Shown here one piece after another: positions 23,875 to 36,884 of a DNA stretch of 64,000 nt. The stretch covers positions 12,874,068 through 12,938,067 of the forward strand of contig NC_083446.1 in the NCBI RefSeq assembly GCF_020745735.1. Direction: 5' to 3'. Origin of the DNA: Hemiscyllium ocellatum (lineage: Eukaryota). A program made the translations under genes and the position numbers. Each line of letters starts with the position of its first letter. Position 1 is the stretch's first letter. The notes beneath the pieces were generated by a model, which saw nothing but the letters and a program-made list of their open reading frames with translations, was not told the DNA's origin and searched no databases.

Positions 23875-24510
23875 CTTACCATCTGCCTGCTGCTGATGCA
23901 TGTATTCATGTCAGCATCGGTGAGAGTGACCACCGTACAGTCCTTGTGGAGTTGAAATCCCACCTTCAAATTGAGAATAACCTCCAACGTGTTGTGTGGA
24001 AGTATCACTATGCTAAATGAGGCAGTTTTAAACAGATCTAGCAACTCAAGACTGGGCATCCATGAGGTGCTGTCGGCCATCAACTGTAGCAGAATTGTAC
24101 TCCAGCACAATCTGCAACCTCATGATCTGGCAGATCCCACATTCAATCATTACCATCAAGCCAGGGGATCAATCTGCAAGCAACACCAGGCATATTTAAC
24201 AGTTATGTGTCAACCTCGTGAAGCTACTAAACAAGATCAACAGGAAGTGATACAGCTAAGCAATCTAGCAATCAAGAGATCAGATATAAGCTCTGCACTC
24301 CTGCCATATTCAGTCATGACTGTTGGTGGACAATTAACAACTCGATGCAGGAGGAGGCTCTACAAATATCCTGAACCTCAAAGACCAAGGAAATCAGTTC
24401 ATCAGTGCAAAAGACAAGGCTGTAGCATTTGCAGCAATCTTCAGCCAGAAGTACCAAGCTTCTGCCCAAGTTTTTTGTCACCCTCTAATCTGTATGTCTT
24501 TGCTTAATAC

Positions 24511-25113
24511 TGTTAGAAATAGGGAAAAGTGTTGTTTTTGCAGATATAGAAAAACCATACAGAAAAGGGGAACAGCAAGAGAACTATTAACTCTGCAGGT
24601 ATTTAGGGAAGAGTATCTCTACTTTTCAGTGCCTAATTATGGATAATTAAGTACTAACTTTAATGTAGATTTATTAAAGAAAATAATTCCTTTTATCATA
24701 ATGTTTAAAACAACAGTTTCAGCAAAAAGTTAAGATTACTGAAACATATAAGCGAAGCACAAAAAAGATACATTGTTAAGATGTATGTACAAGAATGAAA
24801 TGTACCTATGGATAATGAAAGAAATTACAAAGGGGAACATCGAGATAAGCCTTATGACAGCATGTGCAAGGGGGAAATTGCCAACTTGGAAAGAAAGGGG
24901 CAATGGGCGTGGAGTATAGATGGGTAGAAGCGAAATAGTAAGAGAGATTGGGTAATTAGGAGTCTGGAGAGATGACCTCACTCAGCTCAAAGGATATAAC
25001 TGCACACTAACCTAAGTTCTAATTTGCTTATGCAATTGAAGCCCTTATTTGCAAGTTCGTAATAAATTGTCTTGTTGGTCTCGTCTACATTTCATTGATT
25101 TTTGTTTCTAACA
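24511..25113 (+). mobile_element. Solo LTR
   Basis: TG...CA ends with 9-bp inverted termini tgttagaaa/tttctaaca; 4-bp TSD atac; TATA-like gatataa ~24992; AATAAA at 25061. Confidence 0.8.
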
Positions 25114-25339
25114 ATACGATCAATAAATGCTGGCCAACTAGCAAGGCCAGTGTCCCACAAATAGAAAACAAAGCTGGGACTTGTCTTATTTTAATGGTGA
25201 CGCAGATATTTCTGTTAACCCAACGCTAACATTGTTTGTGCATTGTGTCATCATGTGCTCCATCTGTTTCAAGCAACAAACAGAACGATCCAATTTCCTC
25301 CTGGGATTTGACACAGAAGTTTCAGCAATAAGGGTGTGT

Positions 25340-25810
25340 CAGATCCAGCCCCGCCCTTCATTCACTTCGATTGGCTGGAGGCCCAGTCCCGCCCTCTAAC
25401 GGTCCTCCATCTCCGCCCCCTAACCTTCCTCCAGCTCCGCCCCCCGGCGATCCTCCAACCCTGCTCCTTTACGGTCCTCCAGCCCCGCCCTCTAACGGTC
25501 CTCCAACCCCGCTCTCTGACAGTCTTCCAATCCCGCCCTCTAACGGTCCTCCAGCCCCGCCCTCTAACGGTCTTCCAACCCCGCCCTCTAATGGTCCTCC
25601 AACCCCGCTCCCTGACGGTCCTCCAGCCCCGCCCCCTCTTCCCAGTATGTCATTGGTTGTCGGTCAATCCCAGTGCGGCGGTGAAGCGGCAATGGCGGAG
25701 GCGGCCTGTTTGAACGCCGTGACGCCGATCCTCGGGATCTGGCGTGGAGTTTAAGAGTCGTCGCTAGCAACCCGGTGTCAGCCATTGCCCCCGAATAACG
25801 AGGTACCGGT
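25340..25810 (+). promoter_or_regulatory. CpG-rich promoter / candidate first exon
   Basis: GC boxes and attgg motifs flank the minisatellite; CpG-rich 25660-25830 with caatggcgg; candidate donor gag|gtaccg ~25803. Confidence 0.6.
25375..25640 (+). repeat. 24-bp minisatellite (~11 units), consensus ctccagccccgccctctaacggtc
   Basis: Direct reading; translates as repeated LQPRPLTV. Confidence 0.9.
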
Positions 25811-26567
25811 GCACTGCTGCTCGAAATGCGGCCTACTTCCTGTGAAAGCCTGGTTAAGAGTAACAGTCTGGCTGCAGCTTTTTACTTGTTGTCCTGATGT
25901 GTAAATCACTGACTCGGCCCAGCATTTACCGCCCGTCCCAAATCACTCGCCTTTTTATGAACTACTGCAGTCCATGATCTGTCTGTCGACCCACAATGTT
26001 GTTCCGATGACTCGAAAACCTCACTCTGTCCTCCCACAGATGCTGCGTGACCTTGTTGACTTTCATCAGCAGTTTCTGTTTCTGTTTCGCATCTCCAGCG
26101 TCTTCGTTTTGTTTTGATGTCGATAAGTGGTTAGTTCTAGGATTTTGACACAGCAGCGCTGAATGAACAGTAGTATGTTTCCAAGTCAACGTGCTGAGTG
26201 GGTCGAGGGGAACCTACAAGTGTTCCCATGTATCCACTGCCCTCTTCCGTCTGGGCAGGAGAGATCTGACACGGGAATACTCACTGAATCATTACATGGT
26301 GTTCGGCAATCTTACTGAGTAGCCCCTGTCCATATGCATCAAGACCTGGACAGTATGCAAGTTTGGGCAGATAGCTGGCAAGCAACCTTCATGCTACAAG
26401 TGCCAGACCATAACCACCTCTAAGAGAACTTAACTAAGGTCATTGCTGATCCTGCACTATCAAAATCGTGGTGGGGGTATAACCATTGATTAGAGACTGA
26501 ACTGGATCAAACTTATAAAAGAATGTGTCGAAAAGGACAGATCACAAGTTAGTCAGTCTATTTCATG

Positions 26568-28275
26568 TTATAGAGTCATACAGCATGGAAACAGACCCAT
26601 CAGTCCAATCAGCCCATAATCCCAAACTAAACTAGTCCCACCTGCCTTGTTCCCTATCTCTCCAAACCTTTCTTATTCAAATACTTTTCCAAATGTCTTT
26701 TAAATGTTATAACTGTACCTGCATCCACCACTTCCTCTGAAGTTCATTCGATGTACGAGTGACTGTGTTCAAAGAAAATTGACCCTCATGTCTTCTTTAA
26801 ATCTTTGTACACTTGCTTTAAAAATATGCCCACTAGTCTTCAAATCCTCCACCCTAGGGAAAAGAAATCTGCCATTCACTTTATCTTTACCTGTCAGGAT
26901 CTTATAAACCTCTATCAGGTCACCCCTCAACATCCTCGTGAAAAACGTCCCAGCCTATCCAGCCTCTCCCTTTAACTCCAACCCTCCATTTCCAGTAACA
27001 TTGTGGTACATTTCTTTGAATCCTCTCCAGTTTGTTAATATGTTTCCTACAACAGGGGAACAAGAACTGGACATGGTAGTCCAGAAGAGGCCTCATCAAC
27101 ATTCTGTACTACCTCAACATAATGTCCTGTACTCAAAGGTCTGAGTAATGAAGGGAAGCATGCTAAACACTTTTTTTTAACTATTCCAAATATGTGAGAT
27201 GCATATTTCAAAGATAAAAATCACACAACATCAGGTTATAGTTCAACAGGTTTAATTGGAAACACACTAGCTTTCGGAGCAACGCTCCTTCATCAGGTGA
27301 TGAAGCATCTCCAAATTATGAATACTTCAAGGAATTATGTACCTGAATTCCTGGGTTTAACTATTCTTCAATGTTACTTATGGCCCTATTTTTAATTGTA
27401 TTAGTTCTGCCTTTATTTATTTTATCAAAATGCAAACCTCACATTTATCCAAATTAAAATCCATCTGCCATATCAGGCTATTGACCCAATTGATCAAGAT
27501 CTGTTTGTAATCTTAGATAACTATCTTCACTATTCAGTACACCACCAATTTTGGTGTCATTTGAAAACTTACTAATACGTCTTCTATATTCTCATCTGAA
27601 TCATTTATATAAATGACAAACATAAGTGGATGCAGCACTGATCCTTGAGGAACATTGCTGGTCACAGGCCTCCAGTCCAAAAAAAAGACTCTCCACCATC
27701 ACTGTCTGTCTCCTATCATAAAGTGAATTTTGTATCCAATTGTAAAGGTCACCCTGAATCCCACATGATCTAAATTTACTAATTAGTCTACCATGCAGAA
27801 CTTTGTCAAAGGCTTAACTAAAGTCCAAGTAAACAGTGTCTGCCCCTCTGCCCTCATCAATCTTCTTGGTTACTTCCTCAAAAAAACACAATCAATTTGT
27901 GAGACAACTTTGACTTCCCTTGCACAAAACCATGCTGGCTATCCCCAATCATTCCTTGCCTATCCAAAATACTATTTTTCAGAATCATTTCTGACAGCAT
28001 ACTGAAGTCAAGGCTTACAGGTCCACAGTTCCCAGGCTTCTCCTTACATTCTTAAACATTAGCTACTTTACAGATATCTGGCACCTCACCCGTAGCTATA
28101 GATGATATAAATATTTCTGCAAGGAGCCCTAAAATTTCCTCCCTAACTTCTCTCAATGTTCTAAGGTACAGGAGATCAGGTCCCGGAGATTTATTCACCT
28201 TTATATTTTCTAAGACCTGCAGCATTTCCTCTTCTGTATTGTGAATTCTTTTCAAAACATCAATGTTTATTTCGC
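26568..28275 (-). mobile_element. CR1/HER1 LINE, 3' ~1.7 kb
   Basis: ORF fragments LMRPLLDYHVQF..KLERIQR and KSPGPDLLYLRTLREVREEI. Confidence 0.85.
27215..27300 (-). ncRNA. Penelope-type terminal repeat with an intact hammerhead motif (27265-27299)
   Basis: Minus strand: cac-ctgatga-aggagc-gtt-gctcc-gaaagcta-gtg, giving a perfect 5-bp stem II, AGCU palindrome and stem I cac/gtg. Confidence 0.72.
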
Positions 28276-28559
28276 TGAGTTAGATCAAAAAGCAATACAG
28301 TAAAGGGCCAGGCCCTTTGTCCATCAAAGCCTGTGCGGGCACATTTCCTCCACTTGCCTGGATGGATGTAGTTCTAAAAGCACATATGTTTGTGGATGTG
28401 ATGCCAATTCAATGGGTACCTTTGTCCTGGATAGTGTCAAAGTTCTTAAGTGTTGTTGGGACTACATTCATCCAGGCAAGTCAGGAGAATTTCATCATCC
28501 TCTTGATGTGTAGTTTGTAGAGTGTGGACAGGGTCTGGGGAATCAGAAGATCTTTCCTA

Positions 28560-29180
28560 AGAGGAGTTGAATAAATACTTTACAAAAGTCTTTGCAGTAG
28601 AATACGCTTTTAGCATCCCAAGATTACTAAATATTCAAAGTGCAAATAAATTCAATAACTCGAGAAAAAAGGAAACTAATTGGGCTAAAGATCGATAAAT
28701 CCTCTAAAGCTGATGGAATGCATCTGAGGTTATTAAAGGAAATAGCTATAGAGATAGTGGATCCACTAGTAGTAATATTCCAGAATTGCTTAGATTCTGT
28801 AGAAATCCTAAAGGATTGGAAAACTACCAACCTTTATTTGAAAAGGGAAGACAATAAAGCCAGGTAACTAAAGGCCAGTTAGCTTAACATCTGTGGTTGG
28901 GAATGTGTGTTTGTAGTCCAGTATAAAGAATGTAATGGCCGATTATTTAGAAGTGGATAATTTTATCAAGCAGAGAAATATGGCTTCATTAAGAGGAAAT
29001 CATGCCTATTAAATTTACTAGAATGATTTGAGGAGGCAACATGCAGGGAAGCAGTGGATGTAATGTAATTGGTATTTCAGAAGACATTTGGTAAGTTACA
29101 TTAAGCTACTTAATAAAATCCACGGTGTTGTAGGTAGTATATTAGCATGGATAGAGAATTAGCTAACTAATAGAATACTT
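28560..29180 (+). mobile_element. CR1 LINE ORF2 fragment
   Basis: LKIDKSSKADGMHLRLLKEIAIEIVDPLVVIFQ. Confidence 0.85.
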
Positions 29181-29719
29181 CTTTTCATTCACTCATGGGA
29201 CATGGACATCTCTGGTTGGCCAGTATTTATTACCCGTCCCTAGTTGCCATTGAGAAAATGGTAGTGAGCTCCTTCTTGAACCACTGCAGTCCACATGCTT
29301 TAGGCTGACCCACAATACTGTTAGGGAGTGAACTGCAGAACTTTGACCCAGTAACAGTGAAGGAACAGAAATCTGTTTCCAAGTCAGGATGGTGAGTATC
29401 TTGGAGGGGACCTTGCACATGATCGCTTAGCTCTGTCTATCACTTATAGAGTCACTCAGCAGGGAAACAGTTCCTTTTGCCCAACTTGTCCATGCCACTC
29501 AGGTTTCCTAAACTGAGCTAGTCCGTTTGTCGTTGGACGCATATCCCTCTAAACACTTCTTATCCACGTACCTGTCCAAATATCTTTTAAATGTTGTAAT
29601 TGACCCACCTGTACCACATAACAGCTTATTTCATATACGCACCAAGCTCTGTGTGAAAAAGTTGTCTCTCCGGTCCCTTTTAAATCTTTCCCATCTCACC
29701 TTAAACCTGTGACCTCTAC

Positions 29720-32456
29720 ACTTGCTTGAAGTTGGACATTGACCATATGCTCTTGTCCATTATATCTCTACTACTGTACTCCATTCATAAGATCCAAATG
29801 ATCACCTTGCCCATCACCAAAATCTACAACAAAAGATAATTTCAAGGTGACATCTCCTCTTATTTACGGTTTAAACATCTGATCTGTGTTACTCATCGGA
29901 CACATTTGGATTTTCCAATTCTTCTGCCAGTTAGCTAGTTAAGCAGCAGCTTCTCAACTGACTGGTGTCTCCCCTTTCCCACTGTGAGGGCATTTTGTTT
30001 CTAGACCACTTTCTCCTTTTCCTAAGAAACCTCCCTCCTGGTGGGGTTTAATCCCCTGAAGGTGTGTGGTGAAGTTTCTCATCCTGTTCAACCAGGGCCA
30101 GAGCTTGAACAGGTTCCTCATCTTCTGCCATGTCTGATGGCACGTAACATTGATGGCAGCTATTCTGTGCCCCGCCCAATTTTCCCATATCTCTCAGGAT
30201 TTTGTGGAACTGATAAGCACTTGTGTACCTTGGGGACAGGAAGGTCTCAGTCTGGAAATGTTCTAACATCTCTCATTGCCCTATCGCGTATTCTGTCAGT
30301 TTCGCCTTTCCATCAAAGTAGGCCTTTCTCCGGATTTTCCTTTTCCTGATCTTAACTGTTGCAGCTCTCTGGATATTTTCTGGGATCATCTGCACAATTT
30401 TTTCATGTGTAAGGGCCTGTACATTCTTGAGGTCCAACACAAAGGACCTTCCATTTCCTGCATCAGACACTCTGTGAGGATAAGTTCTGTGGAACCCGAA
30501 ATGGTGTTCGGTCAAATGGTAGAGCTACATCCCAGATTCTGTTCTTTTACTGGACCATTTTCCTGATCATCTCCTTATGGATTATATTCATTCACTCCAC
30601 TATTCCACTAGACTGGGGCTGATATCGAACTTCTGAATTATCACAAGCAGCAACATTACTTTCTGTAGTAAAATGTGTACCTTTGTCAGACTCGATACTT
30701 TTCAGTAGTCCCAGCACATAATGCATGCTGGATTAGCTCTGACGTTAGCTGTGTTATTTCGAGTTGGAAAGATTCTACCCACTTTGTGGACATATCTACA
30801 ATAACCAAGATGTACTTGTATCCCGTCTGATGGTGGCAAGGGCCGTTAACAGTCTGATTGTAGATTAGTCAAAGCACCCTCTACAGGCTGGTGTGTCTCA
30901 ATAGCCCTGTATTTGTGTACCTATCTGGATTGTTCTGGGCATAGACTATACAGTTCTATACTCAACAGTTTATATCCATTTAATCCATCTGGTTGGCGCC
31001 TCCAATCCTTAATGGCCCTGTATATTGTGACACTGGTATATCATTTGATTTCAATTCCCTAATGGTACTATGTTGCTTCCCTTCCTCAAGGACCAACCCA
31101 TCTTTAATCTGGGTCTTATCCTTTCATATTTTGTACATTTCTGGATACACTCCACCCCTTATTTGCTTCAGTTCTCCGTCACTGTCCTCTGTCTGAATAA
31201 GATCCTCAATTTTAACTTGGTTAGTACTGACTGCATTTATCAATTCCATCTATATCGGCAGTTGCCACACTCTTCCATGGCTTCCTGTTTAGCTAACTCA
31301 TCTGCTCTGCTGTTCCAGGCTGGGGAAGGAACGGTGGTGTGCCCACACCTTAATGACTCCATATTCTCTACCTCTTGTAAAATATATTTCAATAACTGGG
31401 TGGACAGCAATGGTTTCCCCTGGGCCGACACAAATCTCACAACGGATGGAAATCAGTCAAACTATTACACACGTACATGCTATCTGAATATATGTCCGCT
31501 GAGGTGGGGAATTCATTAGAGTAGCTTCCTGCATAGACCACGGCTGCCAGTTCTGCAGCCTGCATGCTCACGTTACATGCTCAAGTTTAGTGCTCGTTCT
31601 ATCATCTCATGGGCCTCCCTCGCTGGTCTTCTACATAAATGCTGCACCCTGTTTTCCACCTTCTGTCCTCTACAAAGATTTTAAAACTGGCTGGGTCTCC
31701 TTGTTGGTGTCCTGCTGACTTTAACACACCACCACCATGTCCCATCTCTGTAACATCAGGGTCAGTCATACTCTCTGTTTTGACTGTCATCCCCATTTTT
31801 GATACGGCCTTCCCATAGCAATTGGATAGGGGTGTGTTTAGTCAGAATAGCAGATTAAGCCCCATTATACAAGCAAAGTGTTATACCACTCAAAGCACTG
31901 CCAGGCAATCGATGCCTTTAGAGAGAGGTGGGCACCACAGGCAATACAGTGCTTTATTTTCCCCTTCCCACTCCATTTTGGTTTCGTCCCTGCTCTCTCT
32001 CCTTACTTCCCCATCACTTTTGATGGTTTGCATTGCCTTTAACAGCCTTTTTTAAAAAAAAAAGCCACAGCATTTTTGGTGGTGGGAAGGTCGTTCAGGT
32101 GTGTATAACAGCACTCTGGAGTATAAAAGAAAAATCTGTCAGGAGATGTCTTTCACACACTGACAGTCCATAGTTCACCAGCATAAGAACCTGGGAAATG
32201 TCCATCACAGGACTAAGTTTCTTCTAGTAGTCTCTTGTGATAGTATGGCCACAATGTCCTCCCTGTGGACGCTAATTCCACAGGAAAAGATGGTTCCACA
32301 TATGGACTCGCAAAGCTGGTGCTGTTGGTAATGCTAAGTTCAGAGCTGCAATGGCTTGTGTATGTTGTTCCTTCCTTACCAGTTGTGCGTTCCTTTTAAA
32401 GGTCAGACAAAGGGGCTGCCTTTGTAGCAAAATCATCACTCAGATATCTGACAATA
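29720..32456 (-). mobile_element. Decayed LTR retroelement / endogenous retrovirus pol (tether-like, RNase H, integrase)
   Basis: Minus-strand fragments in order: QAAELAA and NSRADELAK (RNase H); GPLPPS..YKYILVIVDMSTKWVESF, SIESDKGTHFT, YQPQSSGIVE*MN (integrase DDE core); KAYFDGK...IGQ..LSPRY (GPY/F-like). Confidence 0.85.
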
Positions 32457-32457
32457 C

Positions 32458-32610
32458 TGTTAGGGACCAGACCAAACCCCCTCAAAATATTCAGAAGATA
32501 GTCTAGACCCTATCTTTTTCTTAGTTTAAAGGTAAATGTAAGATGTTGCGTTCCAGATGCAATTCGATTGGTTAAGTACTGGATTTAAAGCAAAACACAC
32601 TTTATTCATC
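32458..32610 (-). mobile_element. LTR end fragment
   Basis: Begins tgttaggg; AATAAA on the minus strand (tttatt ~32601). Confidence 0.4.
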
Positions 32611-32994
32611 CGCCATTCTTCCACAGTCACATGCCACTTAGGACACAATGTAGTGATCACATCATTTCCAGAAACAATGTAATATAAATCATCCCTTCAT
32701 GGCCAGATCTGTTGTGAATCGTTTTTTTTAACTGTAGGGAGTAGTCAGAATTTTAATTGCAATGTCCTTATTGATTTGTGAATAGTGGATGATAATGTAA
32801 TTCTTTTATTCTGAATGACTAGGAAATGGCCATGCAAATGGCTCTGAATGGAAAGGGATGGGAATGTAAATTCCTTACATTCTATCTGTAAGACAAAGAC
32901 ATACCACCCTAAGACAGAAGCAAACCACCCTACTCCTGGGACATCCAATTTCCTGCAGGTCAGCAGAGCAAATAAACCTTTTAATATCTCACAA

Positions 32995-33620
32995 CAAGTC
33001 TATGCCAAACATAATCCCAAACTAAACTAGTCCCACCTGCCTGCACCTTCCCATTTCCCTCCAAACCTTTCCTATCCATGTATTTCTCTAAATCTGTTTT
33101 AAACGTAATTGTACCCACAGATGGCACTTTCTTAGGAAGTTCATTCCACATGCGAACAACTCTGTGTGTTTTTAAAAAAGCTATTTTTTAGATCTCTCTT
33201 CTCTCACCTTAAAAATGTACCCTCTAGTTTTGAAATCCCCCATCCTCAGGAAAAGATAACTATCATTAACTCTGTCTATACTTCTCATGATTTTATAAAT
33301 CTCTATCAAACCACCTCTCAACTCCTTTGCTTCAGTGGAGAAAGTCTATGCAGCCCTTTCTTTATTACTCAGACCTTCCGTTCCCAGCAACATCCTGGTA
33401 AATCTCTTCTGAACTGTCTCTAGCTTGATAATATCCTTCCTTTAACTGGACGACCAGAACAGTATTCCAGAAGAGGCCTCACCAATGTCTTGTACAACCA
33501 ACTCCTATACTCAAAGAACTGAGCAATGAAGGCAAGTGTGCCAAACGCCTTTCTAACTATCTTGTCTATATGTGACGCAAACTTCAAAGAATTATGTGTC
33601 TGCACCCCAGGTCCCTCTCT
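32995..33620 (-). mobile_element. CR1/HER1 LINE 3' fragment
   Basis: LYKTLVRPLLEYC in ORF 33420-33776; the LINE resumes at ~34153. Confidence 0.8.
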
Positions 33621-34152
33621 TGTCCCATTTCCCCCCTCAATTGAAGAAAAATGCTCAGAGACACAGTGAGTTTTACCTCCTTCATCTTTATTCCGGGCCC
33701 TGGAGGGAGGGAGAACGATCGCCCACGTGCACAGAGACATGAGTTCACAGTCTTCTCTGGAACAGCAGTTTCTCAATGAACTATATAGTCATTTTACAGG
33801 AGGAGCATCTGGATAAGGCAACATACATATTGATTGGGTGATCATTACAATCAGTGATCGTTAATGGTAGAGATTGAGACGTGCTGTAACACAATAAATA
33901 ACTGACTTCTCGGAATGAATATTTTTCACCTTGTTAACTGACATTACATACTGAATGCTACCTCATCTTGTTATGTGGCTCTACATAATGAATGCTTTTC
34001 CACCTTGTTAACCCATTACCCTTGCCTCCAGCACTCCATTGTTAACTGTAAACTCTTATCTGATCTGAGTCATGCTCAGCTGAACCTCTTGTTTCACAAA
34101 ACTCAGAACTTAATGCTTTCGCTGCTTGCATATACCCTACACATATTCTCAA
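33621..34152 (-). mobile_element. Probable solo LTR inserted in CR1
   Basis: Interrupts CR1 at ctct...ctct; begins tgtccc; minus-strand AATAAA ~33687; the other end is not a clean CA. Confidence 0.5.
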
Positions 34153-34257
34153 CTCTGTTCTACAACACTATCCAGGGCTGCTCTTGTATTTCACCCTTCA
34201 TCCAGCTCCTGTTATCTCTGCTCGTGGAAAAGACAAGTTGGAACTAAATTGGAAAGT

Positions 34258-35065
34258 GGTGTCTTGGTGTAATGTCATTGTTAGTCGTCCGATGTCCCAG
34301 GCTAATTTTCTGAGGGTGAGTTTGAATCCCAGCATGGCAGATAGTGAGGTTGGATTCAATTAAAAATCTGGAATAAACAAAAAGGGTCAAGGATGTTGTC
34401 CGGGTTGGATGATTTGAGATGTTGGGAGAGGCTGGAGCTATTTTTCCTGGAATATTGGAGGCTGAGGAGTGACGTTATAGAGGTTTATAAACTCATGCGG
34501 GGTATGGACAGGATCATTGGATAAGGTCCTTTCCCTGAGGTGGAAGAATCCAAAACTATAGAGGATGTAGGTTTAAGGTAAGAGGGGCAAGATTTAAAAG
34601 GGACTCAAGGGGTAGTTTTTTCATGCAGAGAGTGGTGTGTGTATGGAATTAAGTGGGAGAGGCTAGTACAATTACAACATTTAAAAGGCACCTGGATGTG
34701 TACATCAATAGGAAGGGTTTAGAGGGATCTGGCCCAATTGCTGGCACATGGGACTAGATTAATTTAGGATATCTCGTCAGCATGGATGAGTTGGACTGAA
34801 AGCTTGTGTCCATGCTGTACAACTCTATGATTCTAGGAGTCTAATGGTGACCATATAAACATTGTGAATTATCATTTTAAAACAATTTAGTTGACAAATA
34901 TCCTTTTAAAAGGAATTCTAGCATCCTTATCTGATCTGGCCTACATGTGACCACAGGCCTGCAGTAATGTGTTTGACACTTCACTGCCCTCCTGGCAATT
35001 AGGCATGGGCAACAATTGCGGGCCTAGCCAGAGAACTCCAGATCCCATGAATGATTAATAAAAAC
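34258..35065 (+). mobile_element. SacSINE1/Deu-type SINE split by a CR1 3' fragment (34385-34833)
   Basis: tRNA-like head gagtttgaatcccagcatggcag; body ctggcctacatgtgac; tail cccatgaatgattaataaaaa. Confidence 0.65.
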
Positions 35066-35334
35066 TCAAACAGCAGTTCCACTGCTGCAATGGGTCACTG
35101 TGGGAAAACATTCCATTCCCCCACAGTGAGTTATTCCAGTCTGGAATGCATTGTCTGACAGTTTGGTGGGAGCAGATTGAACAGTACAGGTAGTTCTCCA
35201 ATAATGCGGTAATTGCGTTCCCATGTGACATCGTGTTATAGAAACTTGCACAATGTAAATAATGGGGCCTATGGGAAAAACAGGGTTGGGTCGAGCCACC
35301 AAAAAATATCAGTAAAAATCTAAAAAAAAATAGT

Positions 35335-35740
35335 AGTTCATAGAGATGTACAGCATGGAAACGGATCCTTCGGTCCAACCCGTCCATGCCGACCAATCTA
35401 GTCTCACCTGCCAGCACCCGGCCCATATCCCTCCAAACCCTTCCTATTCATATACCCATCCAAATGCCTCTTAAATGTTGCAATTGTACCAGCCTCCACC
35501 ACTTCCTCTGGCAGCTCATTCCATACACGTACCACCCTCTGTGTGGAAAAAGTCGCCCCTTATGTCTCTTTTATATCTTTCCTCTCTCACCCTAAACCTA
35601 TGCTCTCTAGTTCTGGACTCCCCAACCTCAGGAAAGAGACTTTGCCTATTTACCCTATCCATGCCCCTCATAATTTTGTAAACCTCTATAAGGTCACTCC
35701 TCAGCCTCCGATGCTCCAGGGAAAACAGCCCCAGCCTGTT
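35335..35740 (-). mobile_element. Young CR1/HER1 3' end
   Basis: Near-identical to 46630-47050. Confidence 0.85.
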
Positions 35741-36267
35741 AGGCTTCTTCCTATCACAAACGATAGCACAGTCAAGTTAATCTTTAAATCATACATTTTA
35801 ATGAAATAATACAGTAAATTTAACTCTGAAATCACTGATTACAGCACTGTAACTTTCACAAAGCTCGTCAGCAGAAAGTGTACAAGCTGACTGACCACAT
35901 GATGCTGACGTGGAAGTCCAGATCTCCTGAATATTTTCCACCCAGTTTGAAGTAAAGTTCCTTCTAAATGTAGACTGCAATTCCCAATTTCAAGCTAAGT
36001 TTCAAGACTTGTGCCCTGATTGCATTCCTGTTTTAGCTGATCACACTGAATTTGCATTTTGCAGACAGAGGATCCTGAAGCTGGGTTTTGTTGTTCATCT
36101 GGTGCCAGATATTGAATTGCGTAACAGCGAATGGACGTTCGCTTTATTTTAGTCTGCGATTCACAAATCACCTTACAACCAAATTGCATTTAATGAATAT
36201 GCATTATAGGAGAACTACCTGTATGTTTCAAAGGAGAATTGAAGAGAAGAGAGAATTTCACAAGCAG

Positions 36268-36490
36268 TCATGATTTGGAGACGCTGGTGTTGGACTAGGA
36301 TGTACAAAGTTAAAAATCACACAACACCAGGTTATACTCCAACAGGTTTATTTGGAAGCAGTAACTTTCGGAGTGCTGCTTCTTCATCAGCTGGTTGTGG
36401 AGCACCTGATGAAGGCACAGCGCTCTGAAAGCTAGTGCTTCCAAATAAACCTGATGGACTATAACCTGGTGTGGTGTGATTTTTAACTAT
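36268..36490. mobile_element. Palindromic Penelope-type element with two hammerhead motifs
   Basis: agttaaaaatcacac...cttcatcag / agcac-ctgatga...gaaagcta-gtgct...gtgtgatttttaact. Confidence 0.82.
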
Positions 36491-36884
36491 GGGCAGTCAG
36501 CAGTTGAATGAGACTAGGTGGGCAGAATGGCCTACTTCTGCTTCCATTTTATAGGTTTACCAATAGCTTTGGTAGTGAATCTCTCCTGTACACTCTCCAT
36601 AGCCTTTACATCCTCCCTGTGTCAGATACGCAAGACCTACAATCGTCCTACTGTAGCCAAATCAAGCATTAGGCAGTTTATTTTATGAAATGGAGGGTAA
36701 CATTTTGAAACAGCTTGGAGACTTGTTCTCCAGGTTTAAAGATTTACATATCCAAACCTTTTCCAATTATAAGATATCGAGTTAAAATGTCTGATTTGAG
36801 GTGTGTTGTGACAAAGCGAAGTTTACTCTGAGTTTAAAAACCTCAAAAGAGGCACTTCGTTGCAAACAAGTTGCCAACATTGTG

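Larger units (their letters stand above)
22270..24460 (+). mobile_element. Old CR1/L2-clade LINE (endonuclease region), interrupted by an LTR-like insert at ~22870-23874
   Basis: APE-like motifs (ENFNVHH, EPTRG, IGESDHRTVLV) resume on both sides of the insert. Confidence 0.65.

Noticed and set aside
25375-25640. CRISPR-like array
   Set aside because: Repeats are contiguous with no unique spacers; vertebrate context and no cas genes
25336-25754. Proline-rich ORFs (PPSNG / LQPRPLTV repeats)
   Set aside because: By-product of a stop-free 24-bp minisatellite; open in several frames with no other coding evidence
32745-32948. 'STIHKS' resembling the PIF1/Helitron helicase motif TIHKSQG
   Set aside because: Partial match only, with no other helicase motifs
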